From Candidatus Eiseniibacteriota bacterium (lineage in GTDB: Bacteria; Eisenbacteria; RBG-16-71-46; SZUA-252): a stretch of DNA of 64,000 nt. The notes under the pieces were generated by a model. The model saw nothing but the letters and a program-made list of their open reading frames with translations. It was not told the origin of the DNA and searched no databases. The translations under genes and the position numbers were made by a program. This document shows positions 19,165-29,085 of the stretch, in pieces (within the stretch, counting starts at the first letter, position 1; each line of letters starts with the position of its first letter). The stretch is from contig OY969801.1 of NCBI GenBank assembly GCA_963703225.1, forward strand, positions 800,001 to 864,000, in the 5' to 3' direction.

Positions 19165-20412
19165 ATGAAGCAGCGCAATGGAGCAGGCTCGAAGCGGCTG
19201 GTGGAGGCGACCGAACGATTCATCCGTTCGGAGCAGAAGCTACTCGAGGTGTTGGGCGATCGTCGCATCCTCAAGAAGGCCGAGTGCGAGCACTTCGCGA
19301 AGGATCTGTCCCTCTCCGCCGCGAAAAAGCGGTCGTCGGACGTCTTCGCGAGCGCGGTCTCGATCAACCGCAAGCTGATGGGCATTCTCTCCAAGTCCCG
19401 CAATGCGGGGGCGCGCCCCGTCTCCGACTCGGACGTGCTCGCCGAGCTGGGCCGGATCACGCAATCAACCGTCGATCCGGTCGAGGCGTTCCGCGAGGCG
19501 CTCCTCCAGATCAGAACCGCGATCCCATTCGAGAATTCCACCCTCTTCCTCCTGAACCGCGAGTCCCAGGTCCTGGAGGAGGTGGTCTCGATCGGCAGCC
19601 GGGTCGATCTCATCGGCCACGTCCGCTTCGACCGCGGCAGGGGCTTCTCCTCGTGGGTGGCCCAGCAGCGAAAGCCGGTCCTTCTGAACGACCTCCATCG
19701 CGAAGGGGGCCCCGATTCGGTCTGCCTGCGCTCCTTCCTCTCGGTGCCGATCCTGGTCCAGACCGAGGTGGTGGGGGTCGTCAACATGAGCCACTCGCGC
19801 CCAGGCGCCTTTGACGAGGAGAGCGCGAACCGGTTGGCGTTGATGGCCATGCCGATCTCGGCGGTCGCGATCCGGATGCTGCTCCGCCGCGAGCGGGAGC
19901 GGCTCACCACGACCGACGACGTCACGACCCTCTACAACAAGCGCCACTTTGACCGGAATCTCGAGGCGGAGGTCGGCAAGGCGAAGCGCTACGGCCACAA
20001 GGTGTCGGTGGTCGTGCTCGATGTCGACGGCACGCTGGAGCGGAAGGGTCGACACGGGCAGGGGATCGGGGACCAGGTTCTCTCGGACATGGGACGGCTC
20101 CTCAAGCGCTCGGCCCGCGGAACCGACTGCGTCGCGCGCTACCAGGGGGACGAATTCCGGATCCTCCTTCCGCACACCGACGCCGCGAGGGCCAAGGTGG
20201 CGGCGGAGCGTCTCCGCGGGGTCGTGGAGCGGCACGCCTTCCCGCGACGGAAGAAGCTGACCGTTCACGTCGGCGTCGCGACCTATCCGGTCGAGGCCGT
20301 CGATCCGAGCACCATCGTCCCGCAGGTCGAGCCGGAGGCCGCCGTGGTGGCGGGCAAGGCGGACGGGCCGGTTCCGCCTCCGGACGACCGGAACGGCGCG
20401 GCCGTCAACTAG
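19165..20412 (+). CDS. GAF plus degenerate GGDEF protein
   Basis: GAF (GRGFSSWVA..SFLSVPI), TDDVTTLYNKRHF, RGTD-CVARY-QGDEF. Confidence 0.88.
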   Translation: MKQRNGAGSKRLVEATERFIRSEQKLLEVLGDRRILKKAECEHFAKDLSLSAAKKRSSDVFASAVSINRKLMGILSKSRNAGARPVSDSDVLAELGRITQSTVDPVEAFREALLQIRTAIPFENSTLFLLNRESQVLEEVVSIGSRVDLIGHVRFDRGRGFSSWVAQQRKPVLLNDLHREGGPDSVCLRSFLSVPILVQTEVVGVVNMSHSRPGAFDEESANRLALMAMPISAVAIRMLLRRERERLTTTDDVTTLYNKRHFDRNLEAEVGKAKRYGHKVSVVVLDVDGTLERKGRHGQGIGDQVLSDMGRLLKRSARGTDCVARYQGDEFRILLPHTDAARAKVAAERLRGVVERHAFPRRKKLTVHVGVATYPVEAVDPSTIVPQVEPEAAVVAGKADGPVPPPDDRNGAAVN

Positions 20413-20430
20413 AGGACGAGCACGGAGCCC

Positions 20431-22151
20431 ATGGAACAGAAGACTCAAACCACCGAGCCGACGCCGAGCACGGCCGCCCACCCACGGGCGCGGGTCCTGG
20501 TCGTGGACGATGAGGTCCAGGTCGTCCAGATCTTCCAGGATCTCCTGACCCAGCAGGGATACGTGGTCGAGTCGTGCGACAACGGCGACGACGCGATCCT
20601 CAAGGTGACCAAGGGGAAGTTCGACCTCGTCCTCACCGACATCAACCTGCCCGGCGTGGATGGCCTGGAGGTGATCCGGGCGGCCAAGGCCGCGGACAAG
20701 GACACCTGCGTCATCCTGATCACCGGCTACGCTTCCACCACCACCGCGATCGACGCGCTCCGCCAGGGCGCCTACGACTACATCACCAAGCCGTTCGATC
20801 TCTGGGAAACGCTCAAGGCGATCGAGCGGGGGCTGGAAAGCCGCCTGCTCACGCAGGAGAACCGGCGGCTGATCGGCGAGCTGGAGTCGGCCAACGTCGG
20901 GCTCCAGCAGCACGAGGATGATTCTCCGCCGCAAGGTGGCCCGCGCCACCGACCGGATGGCGGCGCTCCTGGAAGCGGGGAAGGCGATCTCGACCAGCCT
21001 GAGCCTCCAGAGCACGCTCGAGGTGGTGGTGGCGCAGGCCGCGCGGCTCGCCTCGGCGCGCGCCTGCCTCCTCTTCCTCCACGACGCCGCGTCGGACGAA
21101 TACGCCGCCGAGGCGGCCCTGGGCGTGCCCGAGGAGAGCCTCAAGCTGCTCCGGTTCCAGATGGGGATCGGCTATCACGGCCAGGTGGTCCAGAGCGCCC
21201 AGCCCGCGCTGGTGGAGAACCTGGGCGAGGCCGTTGGCACCGAGGAGATGCTCGCTTCGCTCAAGCCAACCGGCGCGCTGATCGTCCCCCTCCAAGGGAA
21301 CGAGAGCGTGATCGGGACGATCACCTGCCTCGACCACGACGGTGGCGCCTTCAGCACGGACGACCAGGACGTGCTCAAGATGCTCGCCAGCCAGGCCACG
21401 ATCGCGATCACCAACGCGATCCTCTTCGAGCGGACCAAGGAGCTGGACCGGCTCAAGTCGGAGTTCGTCGCGGTCGTGTCGCACGAGGTGCGGACGCCGC
21501 TCACCTCGATCAAAGGCTCGCTCGAGCTTCTGGGGGACGACCGCTTCCACAAGCTGCCCCCGCCGCAGAAGGAGCTGCTCAGCATCTGCCAGGCGAACAC
21601 CGAGCGGCTGATCAACCTGATCAACGACATTCTCGACTTCTCCAAGCTCGAGTCGTCCAAGCTCTCGCTCAACATCGAGGCGATCGACGCCGGCGCGGTC
21701 CTGATCGAGGCGGTCGAGAACATCCGAAACCTCGCGGCCCAGAAGGAAGTCGGGATCGACCTGAAGGTGGATCCCAGCACCGGCAACGATCGAGGCCGAC
21801 CCGATGCGCATCGGCCAGGTCGCCACCAACCTCCTCGGGAACGCGATCAAGTTCTCGCCCGAGCGGAGCCGCATCGAGATCTTCGCCTCCGGAGACGAGG
21901 GCCAGATCACGATCTCGGTGAAAGACTACGGCCGGGGCATTTCGCAGCGCGACTTGAGCCGCCTCTTCCAGCGCTTCGCCCAGCTCGATTCCTCCACCAC
22001 CCGGAAGGCCGGCGGAACGGGGCTGGGCCTGGTCATCTCCAAGGGGATCGTCGAGCAGCACGGCGGCAAGATCTGGGTCGAGTCGGCCGTCGGCGAGGGC
22101 TCCACGTTCTCCTTCTCGCTCCCCCGGCGGCGGGTGGAAGCGGCCGCGTAG
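20431..22151 (+). CDS. Hybrid sensor kinase REC-GAF-HisKA-HATPase, frameshifts near 20920 and 21785
   Basis: VLVVDDE, TDINLPG, YITKPF; VSHEVRTPLTSI; NAIKFS, DYGRGI, GGTGLGLVIS. Confidence 0.9.
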
Positions 22152-22217
22152 CCGCACCTCTCTCCAAGACCACTTCCCGCTTGGGCGCCGGGCCGGGCGC
22201 CGCTAGTATCCACCCGC

Positions 22218-23343
22218 GTGAGCCCACCCGATCGTCCTCGTAAGACCGTTCTCTCCGTTTTCGGCACCCGGCCGGAAGCCATCAAGATGGCGCCGGTCCT
22301 GAAGCTCCTCTCGCGCGAGGCGGGGATCCGTTCTCTCGTCTGCGTCACCGCGCAGCACCGCGAGATGCTCGACCAGGTGCTCTCGCTCTTCGAGATCCGC
22401 CCCGACCACGACCTCGACCTGATGCGGGAGGGGCAGACCCTCACCGAGATCACCACCCGCGCGCTGACGGAGCTGGCGCCCTATCTGGAGCGGGAGAGAC
22501 CCGACTTTCTCCTGGTCCAGGGGGACACCACGACCACGATGGCCGCCTCCCTGGCGGCGTTCTACGCGCGGGTGCCGGTGGGGCACATCGAGGCGGGGCT
22601 TCGGACGGGAGACAAGTCGTATCCCTACCCCGAAGAGGTGAACCGGCGGGTCACGACCGTGATCGCGGCGCACCACTTCGCGCCGACCGAGAAGGCGCGG
22701 CGAAATCTGCTCGCGGAGGGGATCTCGGACGCGGAGATCACCGTCACGGGCAACACCGTGATCGACGCGCTGCTCGAAGTGGTGAAGATCAAGCCCGAGC
22801 GCCTGCCGCAGCTCCCGCTGCGCGGGACAGCGGATCCTCCTCGTGACGGCCCACCGGCGCGAAAACTTTGGCGCGCCGCTTCAGGAAATCCTCGCCGCGC
22901 TCCGCGACCTGGTCACCCGCTACGCGGACGTCGACGTGGTCTACCCGGTGCACCGAAACCCGAATGTGGACGGCCCGGTGCGGGTCGCGCTCTCGAACGT
23001 TCCGGGCATTCACCTCATCGACCCGCTCGAGTACAAGGCCTTCGCCGATTTGATGGCCGCCTCCTATCTGATTCTCACCGACTCCGGCGGGATCCAGGAA
23101 GAAGCGCCCTCGCTGGGGAAGCCGGTCCTGGTGCTGCGCGACGAGACCGAGCGGCCGGAGGCGGTGGAGGCGGGCGTCGTCCAGCTGGTCGGCCCGCACC
23201 GCGAGAAGATCGTCGCGGCGGCCGTGGAGCTTCTGGACAACCCCAAGCGCTACGCCGCCATGGCGAACCGGATGAACCCCTACGGGGACGGGAAAGCGGC
23301 GGCGCGGATCCTCTCCAAGGTGCGAAAGCTGGTCGGGCCGTAA
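22218..23343 (+). CDS. wecB: UDP-GlcNAc 2-epimerase, frameshift near 22830
   Basis: [50 protein letters not shown]. Confidence 0.95.
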
Positions 23344-23486
23344 GGGGGACGACCCCTCAGCGACCGGCGGGGATTGGCGACCGTCCCACCCCGTGAACCC
23401 GCCACGAACGGGCTTGGCAAGCCCTGCCGGCAGGTTCATTATGGCCCCGGGGCAAAGCGCCCCTTCCACCTAGGGAGGAGGTTGCT

Positions 23487-24155
23487 ATGAAGATTTCTAC
23501 CATGGTGATTGCCGCGTTCGCCTGCGCGATCACCGCATCGATTCCGATCAGCCTGCAGGGTCCAATGAAGGTGTCCGCTACTGTGCCGACTCCACCGCTG
23601 GGCAAGACGGGGGCTCTACCGAGCGAGGGTACTTGCGCCCAATGCCACAGCGGAGCCGCGACAACGGGCACGCCCTTTCTCACCGTCGTGCCGCCCATTA
23701 CCGAGTACGCCCCGGGCAACACGTACACGATCGGCGTGGGAGTCGAGGACTTTGGCATGGTTCGCTGGGGCTTCGAGGCGACGGTCCTAAAGGACTCCGA
23801 CAACACGACAGCCGGAAGCATCACGACCTTTGTCGATCCACACGTTGTGGCTTTGCCTTCCGGCGGCCGTATTTACGTTTGTCATACCACCAACGGGATA
23901 ACCTCCCCGAATGATCCCACGGACGGAACCTGGTGGGGGACGCAGGATGGCCCGGTCGCGTGGGGGTTTACCTGGACCGCTCCCGCGCAGGGAGCAGGGC
24001 CGGTGACGTTTTACGCCACCATGGTGGCAGCCAACGGGGACGATGACGCGAACAGCGCGGACAACACATACGTGACCACGATGACCCTCACCGAGGGCGC
24101 GCCGGTTGCGGTGACCCACACGACCTGGGGGAACATCAAGAACACCTACAAGTAA
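23487..24155 (+). CDS. Secreted CxxCH plus Reeler-like (choice-of-anchor V-like) protein with TWG C-terminal motif
   Basis: Signal peptide, TGALPSEGTCAQCH, FTWTAP..GPVTFY..AANGD, terminal VAVTHTTWGNIKNTYK. Confidence 0.8.
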   Translation: MKISTMVIAAFACAITASIPISLQGPMKVSATVPTPPLGKTGALPSEGTCAQCHSGAATTGTPFLTVVPPITEYAPGNTYTIGVGVEDFGMVRWGFEATVLKDSDNTTAGSITTFVDPHVVALPSGGRIYVCHTTNGITSPNDPTDGTWWGTQDGPVAWGFTWTAPAQGAGPVTFYATMVAANGDDDANSADNTYVTTMTLTEGAPVAVTHTTWGNIKNTYK

Positions 24156-24163
24156 GCAGGAGC

Positions 24164-24952
24164 CTAGTGAGCCGTCGCCGTCTCGGGGCGGAACTTCCGC
24201 GCCACCCAGCGGAGTTGTTCCACCCCGAAGACGGCGTCTTCTTTCTCCTCGCCGTCCGACTTGGCGGCGGTCGCGTCGAACGCGGCGCAGGCTGACTCGT
24301 ACTGCGCGCGTCCTTCCGGCTCCCCGAGCGTCCAGCGCGCGATCCCCAGGTAGCCCGCGTAGAGAAGCACGCCGAAGTCGGAGCCGGCCCTGATTTCATC
24401 CCGCCCCGTTCCGACCACGGCGAGGCGCGCCAGCCCGGACGCCGTCTCGAACGCGCCGCGGGCCTCGTGAAGGTTCGCGAGCGACATCTGGTGCATTCCC
24501 ACGGCCCAGTAGGCCATCGCGCGGCGATCGGGGGTCTTCCCCAGCTCGCGCCGCCAACGGACGCAGTCCTCCGCCGCGCGGAGGCCCGCCTCGAAGTGCC
24601 GACGCTCGCGCGGCGCGTCGTCCGCCGGCCAGCACTCCGCGAGATCGGCCGAGAGGTTGTAGGAAAGGCGGTTCGCGAAATCGGTGAGCTTCCAGGCCGT
24701 CTCGCCGTCCTCGGTCTCCAGCGCCTGCCGCAGCGTCTCGCCAATCCCGGCCGTCACCACTTCCACCAGCGCGTCGAAGTCCCGCCCGGCCCACTCACGG
24801 TTGCCAAATTTCTTCTGCGCGATGGCGTAGACCGTCCGGCGCGTTTCGGGGTCGGCGATCGCGTCGATATAACGAACCACCTCCGGAGCGCCGCCGCGCT
24901 CCATGGCGGCTTTCAGCTCCTCCCATCGCCGTTCCTCGAGATCAGCGGTCAT
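24164..24952 (-). CDS. Hypothetical alpha-helical protein
   Basis: 262-aa ORF with host-like codon usage, 5 bp downstream of the aminotransferase. Confidence 0.7.
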   Translation of the reverse strand: MTADLEERRWEELKAAMERGGAPEVVRYIDAIADPETRRTVYAIAQKKFGNREWAGRDFDALVEVVTAGIGETLRQALETEDGETAWKLTDFANRLSYNLSADLAECWPADDAPRERRHFEAGLRAAEDCVRWRRELGKTPDRRAMAYWAVGMHQMSLANLHEARGAFETASGLARLAVVGTGRDEIRAGSDFGVLLYAGYLGIARWTLGEPEGRAQYESACAAFDATAAKSDGEEKEDAVFGVEQLRWVARKFRPETATAH

Positions 24953-24957
24953 GGTTC

Positions 24958-26136
24958 TCAGCCCTTTCCGGTCAGGTGGAAGCGAACCCGTGCGGCGACG
25001 CGGTCGGCGTCGGCGTCGGTGAGGTCGGGGTAAATCGGAAGCGAGAGAGTCTCTTCAAAACAGCGCTCGGCACTCGGGAACGCGCCGGGCTTGAGACCCA
25101 AGCGCTCCTGATAGAAGGGGAAGAGATGGAGCGGCTTGAAGTGGACGCTGGTGCCGATTCCGTCTTCTCGGAGCGCGAGGGCGAGCGCCGTTCGATCGAG
25201 CCGCGCGGCCTTCGGGGTCACCGCGATCTGATAGAGGTGCCACGCGTGGCGCATGCCTTGGGCGACGGTCGGTGTCCGGAGCCCCGGAATCCCGGCGAGA
25301 GACTCTTCGTAGCGCCCGGCGATTGCCTCGCGGCGCGCGCGCATCGCCTCCGCGCGGCCCATCTGCGCCAGCGCCAAGGCGGCCTGGATGTCGGTCATGT
25401 TGTACTTGTATCCCAGCTCGGTAACATCGTAATCCCACCAGCCGCCCCTGTCGTACCGCGACCAGGCCGCGGCCGAGAGCCCGTGCAGCGAGAGCCGGCG
25501 GATCCGCTCCGCCCACTCCTCGCGCGCGGTGACCGCCATTCCGCCCTCTCCCGCCGTCACGCCTTTGGTGGCGTAGAACGAGAAACAGGTGATGTCGGCC
25601 TGGGTGCCCACGGGGACGTCCCAGATCCGAGCGGTGAGCGAATGGGCCGCGTCCTCGATCACCGGAATCTTGTGGCCATGCGCGATCGCGCCGATCTCCG
25701 CGGAGCGGCAGGGATGGCCCGCGAGGGAAACCGTCACGATGGCGCGCGTCTTGGGCGTGATCGCTTTCGGCAGGAGGGCCGGGTCCAGGTTCTTGGTCGC
25801 CGGCTCCACGTCCACGAAGACAGGCCGCGCGCCGAGATAGAGGATCGTCTCGCCGGTGGCCACGAAGGTGTAGGGCGAGGTGACCACCTCGTCGCCCTCC
25901 TTCACTCCGGCCGTGATGAGTGCCAGGTGGAGCGCCGCGGTGCAGGAGGAGAGCGAAACGGCGTGGAGGTCGGCGGCCCCGCTCTCCGGCGCGGCGACAT
26001 ACGACGCTACCGCGGCCTCCAGCTCCTTCGCCTTGGGCCCCGTCGTGAGCCAACCAGAGCGCAGCACCGCCGCCACCGCATCGAGCTCAGCCTGCGTGAT
26101 GGACGGGCGGTGAAAAGGGATGGGCGCCGCGGACAT
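24958..26136 (-). CDS. DegT/DnrJ/EryC1/StrS sugar aminotransferase
   Basis: SGWLTTGPK, SCTAALHLAL, IEDAAH, FSFYATK, GYKYNMTD, LSLPIYP. Confidence 0.95.
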   Translation of the reverse strand: MSAAPIPFHRPSITQAELDAVAAVLRSGWLTTGPKAKELEAAVASYVAAPESGAADLHAVSLSSCTAALHLALITAGVKEGDEVVTSPYTFVATGETILYLGARPVFVDVEPATKNLDPALLPKAITPKTRAIVTVSLAGHPCRSAEIGAIAHGHKIPVIEDAAHSLTARIWDVPVGTQADITCFSFYATKGVTAGEGGMAVTAREEWAERIRRLSLHGLSAAAWSRYDRGGWWDYDVTELGYKYNMTDIQAALALAQMGRAEAMRARREAIAGRYEESLAGIPGLRTPTVAQGMRHAWHLYQIAVTPKAARLDRTALALALREDGIGTSVHFKPLHLFPFYQERLGLKPGAFPSAERCFEETLSLPIYPDLTDADADRVAARVRFHLTGKG

Positions 26137-26176
26137 TCCGAAACGGTACCACAGGGCCGACTTCCATTGTCAGTGC

Positions 26177-26205
26177 TTGACTTACAGGCGAAATCGGTGT
26201 AACAT
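26177..26205 (+). promoter_or_regulatory. Putative sigma70 promoter
   Basis: TTGACT-17 nt-TAACAT. Confidence 0.55.
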
Positions 26206-26253
26206 AATTGTCTTGCCAGTCTCGCCTATGACCCCACATCTGAGGACCCATCC

Positions 26254-27081
26254 ATGACCAGGCATGCCGCGTTACGAGTGCGTCCGCTGTCGCCGATCCT
26301 CGTTGCAGCCTCCGTTCTAAGCCTCGGTATTTGGGCCGGTTGCGGCAGCGACGATAACAAGTCCTCGAATAACGGTGGCGGCGGTGGCGGGGGCACGACC
26401 ACCAGTTCCTTCACTGGCTGGCTCGCCAACTCGGTGGAAAACGGATCGGTCGCGATCACCGTCAACAAGGCAAATCTCGCGGGTCGCCCGAGGATTCCCA
26501 ACGCGCCGCGGGCCGCGGTTACCGCGAGCGGGACGCTCACTCTCTCGGGCGTCGCGCCCGTCGCACTTACCGGCACACTCGACGATACATCAGGCGATCT
26601 TGGACTGTCGGGGGGCGGATACACGCTGACCGGCCTTTACGATCCGGGTCCGCCGAGCAAACTCTTCGGATCGTATACCGGGCCGAACGGCAATGGAGGT
26701 TTCGACTGCGAGAGTGGCGGCTCGGCCTCGGCCACGGTGCTCTGCGGCGGCTGGACCAGCAGCGATCAGAGCGATTCCGGTACGTTTACCTTCTCGATCC
26801 GAGGCACAACGGTCGAAGGGATCGTCTATTCACCCGGGGCATCCCCGCCCTACGACGCGATCCCGTTCACCGGTACCGTCTCGGGCACGGGAACCACTCG
26901 TACGATTTCGGTCTCGTTCGAAATGCCGAACCTTTTCAGGCTCACCGCCTCCGGCACGCTCGATACGGCCACCAATACGGTGAGCAGCGGCACGTACTTA
27001 TTCGAAGACCTATCAGGCGCGGGGAACCCGGATCAGACCGGGTACTGGAGCGCCGCGCCTTGTCATAGCGGCACGCACTAA
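26254..27081 (+). CDS. Gly/Ser/Thr-rich beta-rich lipoprotein
   Basis: Signal ending WAGC, followed by a Gly linker. Confidence 0.75.
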   Translation: MTRHAALRVRPLSPILVAASVLSLGIWAGCGSDDNKSSNNGGGGGGGTTTSSFTGWLANSVENGSVAITVNKANLAGRPRIPNAPRAAVTASGTLTLSGVAPVALTGTLDDTSGDLGLSGGGYTLTGLYDPGPPSKLFGSYTGPNGNGGFDCESGGSASATVLCGGWTSSDQSDSGTFTFSIRGTTVEGIVYSPGASPPYDAIPFTGTVSGTGTTRTISVSFEMPNLFRLTASGTLDTATNTVSSGTYLFEDLSGAGNPDQTGYWSAAPCHSGTH

Positions 27082-27089
27082 CCGCAAAT

Positions 27090-27137
27090 TCACGAAGACG
27101 ATTTCGAGAGGCGCTGGTTTCCCACCAGCGCCTCTTT
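27090..27137 (-). repeat. Diverged copy of the last 48 nt of the Ser/Thr kinase gene (partner 29952..29999); also a perfect hairpin
   Basis: 41/48 nt identical; translates KEALVGNQRLSKSSS* versus [15 protein letters not shown]; stem AGAGGCGCTGGT/ACCAGCGCCTCT. Confidence 0.85.
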
Positions 27138-27174
27138 ACAATTCAGGGGACAGGGCCGTCACGCCCTAGCCTGC

Positions 27175-27609
27175 TCACTTGCGTTTCGTGGACTTCTTAC
27201 CGCCAGAAGCATTGAGAGCGACGGCCGCGCGGATGAGCGCCTTGAACGCATTCGCGTCAATCTCCTCACCCTCGTGAATATCGATGGCGCGCCTTACGTT
27301 CCCGTCCAGGCTCGAGTTGAAGAGGTTGGCAGGATCCTTCAAGGAAGCGCCCTTATGGAAGGTCAGCTTCACGACCGACTTGTACGACTCTCCCGTGCAG
27401 ATGCCCCCATCATGGGACCATACCGGTGTTCCGGGGTTCGTCGGTTTCACCCACTTCACCTCTTCCACAACCTCAGGGTCGGCCTCCCTGATGAGGGCGC
27501 GCATCCTTGACAGTGCATCGCCTCTCCAGTCACCCAACTCGGCAATCCTTTCGCTGATTAGTTTGGTGGCCGCGTTGCCTGGTGCCTTTGGTGGACTCTT
27601 CATCGTCAT
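27175..27609 (-). CDS. DUF1801 family protein
   Basis: LGDWRG, EEVKW, PVWSHDG, KLTFHKGASLKDP, RRAIDI. Confidence 0.88.
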   Translation of the reverse strand: MTMKSPPKAPGNAATKLISERIAELGDWRGDALSRMRALIREADPEVVEEVKWVKPTNPGTPVWSHDGGICTGESYKSVVKLTFHKGASLKDPANLFNSSLDGNVRRAIDIHEGEEIDANAFKALIRAAVALNASGGKKSTKRK

Positions 27610-27671
27610 ACCTTTCGTTGGGGATAAGCCGCGTTGCCGATCCCGCCGTTGTTCGAGGACCCCTGCCAGCG

Positions 27672-28112
27672 CTACGGGACCCAACCGGGCAGGGCGGCCG
27701 CCTGTCGGATCCACGTCGCCATCTGCGCCTCGTCGAGCTGGTCGCCTTCGCGGATGTCGATGTAGCGCACTTCCTTCTGCTTGGACTCGCCGGGGGGGAC
27801 AGGGCGCAGTGACGTGCCGCGGAAGAAAGCCACCTTCACGTATTTCGTGAAGACATAAAAGCTGAGGAACCAGCCTTGGCCCTCGACTCCGTAGAACGGC
27901 GAGTTCCATTTGACCGCCTTACGCACGCCGGGGAGGGTGCGCACGATGAGCGCGTCGAGGCGGCGCCCGACGTCGCTTTTCCAGCCCGGCATGGCCGCGA
28001 TGTAGGCCTGCACGGGGGCGTCGCCGTCGCCCTTCGCGATCTGAGGGTTGCCGCCTGCGAGGAGGGTCGGCTTTGCGACCTTCGTCGACTTCTTGGACGT
28101 CCCTTTGGCCAT
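27672..28112 (-). CDS. DUF1801 family protein
   Basis: GGNPQIAKGDGDAPVQAYIAAMPGWK, KAVKWNSPFYG. Confidence 0.88.
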   Translation of the reverse strand: MAKGTSKKSTKVAKPTLLAGGNPQIAKGDGDAPVQAYIAAMPGWKSDVGRRLDALIVRTLPGVRKAVKWNSPFYGVEGQGWFLSFYVFTKYVKVAFFRGTSLRPVPPGESKQKEVRYIDIREGDQLDEAQMATWIRQAAALPGWVP

Positions 28113-28152
28113 TGTATTCACTCCGACTAGGGTCAGACTCGCCTTCACGGTG

Positions 28153-28743
28153 CTAGGCTGCGGAGATCGCCTTGCGACGATTGGTCTCCGGCCAATCGAT
28201 CGAGCGCGAGCCATCGCGCCCCGGCGTCTGCCACGCGAGAGAGTAGTACGCCTGCCCCGTCACGCCGAGATACAAGCGATGGACCCGTTCGAAGAAGCCC
28301 GTGGTGTGATAGCTCCTCGGAAATCCGAGATGGACCGCATCCAGGTGATGCATGAACTCGTGGCACAGCGTGGCCAGGAGGGTCCGGCTGGAGGTCCATT
28401 TCCGAATCATCGGCGTTCGCGTCCAGAGCCGGATCCTCGTGAGGCTGAAGGTGTAGTCGCCGAGCAGCTCGGATGAGAGGAGCCCCTCGCGGGTACGATG
28501 TGGGCGAACGCCGAGCATCTCCACGCTCGGAGACGGAACCTCGTAGAACCCCGAGAATCCGTCGAGCAGCTCCTGACAGACTTGGGCCAAGGGAGCGCGC
28601 GCCTCCGCGTCGCGGGCGCTCTCGAGCAGCCCGAAGAGCGGCGTCAAGGTCACCGCGAGCGGCACGGGGACCTCCACGAGGCGGCTGCTGTCGTCGTATT
28701 CCTGGCGAAGCTTGGCGCGCGAAGGTCTGCGATCGGTCACCAT
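28153..28743 (-). CDS. SprT-like HExxH putative metalloprotease
   Basis: TLCHEFMHHLD followed by YHTTGF. Confidence 0.7.
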   Translation of the reverse strand: MVTDRRPSRAKLRQEYDDSSRLVEVPVPLAVTLTPLFGLLESARDAEARAPLAQVCQELLDGFSGFYEVPSPSVEMLGVRPHRTREGLLSSELLGDYTFSLTRIRLWTRTPMIRKWTSSRTLLATLCHEFMHHLDAVHLGFPRSYHTTGFFERVHRLYLGVTGQAYYSLAWQTPGRDGSRSIDWPETNRRKAISAA

Positions 28744-28786
28744 CGTCCGGAAATCTTCTACGCTGGGCCTGTGAAGTCAATGCCCT

Positions 28787-29047
28787 CTAGCTGGCTTCAC
28801 CGGGGATCCGCCTGGCCGAGTCGCTGCCAGGCTCAGTGCGTCGCTCGCCGCGCCACTTGGTGGCGTACGGCAGCACGAACAAGTAGAGACCGGTCAACAG
28901 GAGCAAGGCGAGCGGGGCCAGCGGCACGTAGCTCACCCAGACGACAGGCTCCTTCTGTGCCAGGGCGACGAAGGTGACGATGACGGACACCGTAAAGGCG
29001 ATGGACAGCCAACGGTGGATCTGCCGAACCCATTGGTTCCAGTTCAC
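28787..29047 (-). CDS. Small two-TM protein
   Basis: AGGAGG before GTG; RQIHRWLSIAFT, LLTGLYLFVLPY. Confidence 0.8.
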   Translation of the reverse strand: MNWNQWVRQIHRWLSIAFTVSVIVTFVALAQKEPVVWVSYVPLAPLALLLLTGLYLFVLPYATKWRGERRTEPGSDSARRIPGEAS

Positions 29048-29085
29048 TGAAACCTCCTTTGAAGACGAGCCCGAACTCGACCGGC

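Noticed and set aside
27070..27175. Integron attC site
   Set aside because: No RYYYAAC...GTTRRRY boxes around the hairpin and no integrase; better explained as a kinase-tail copy.
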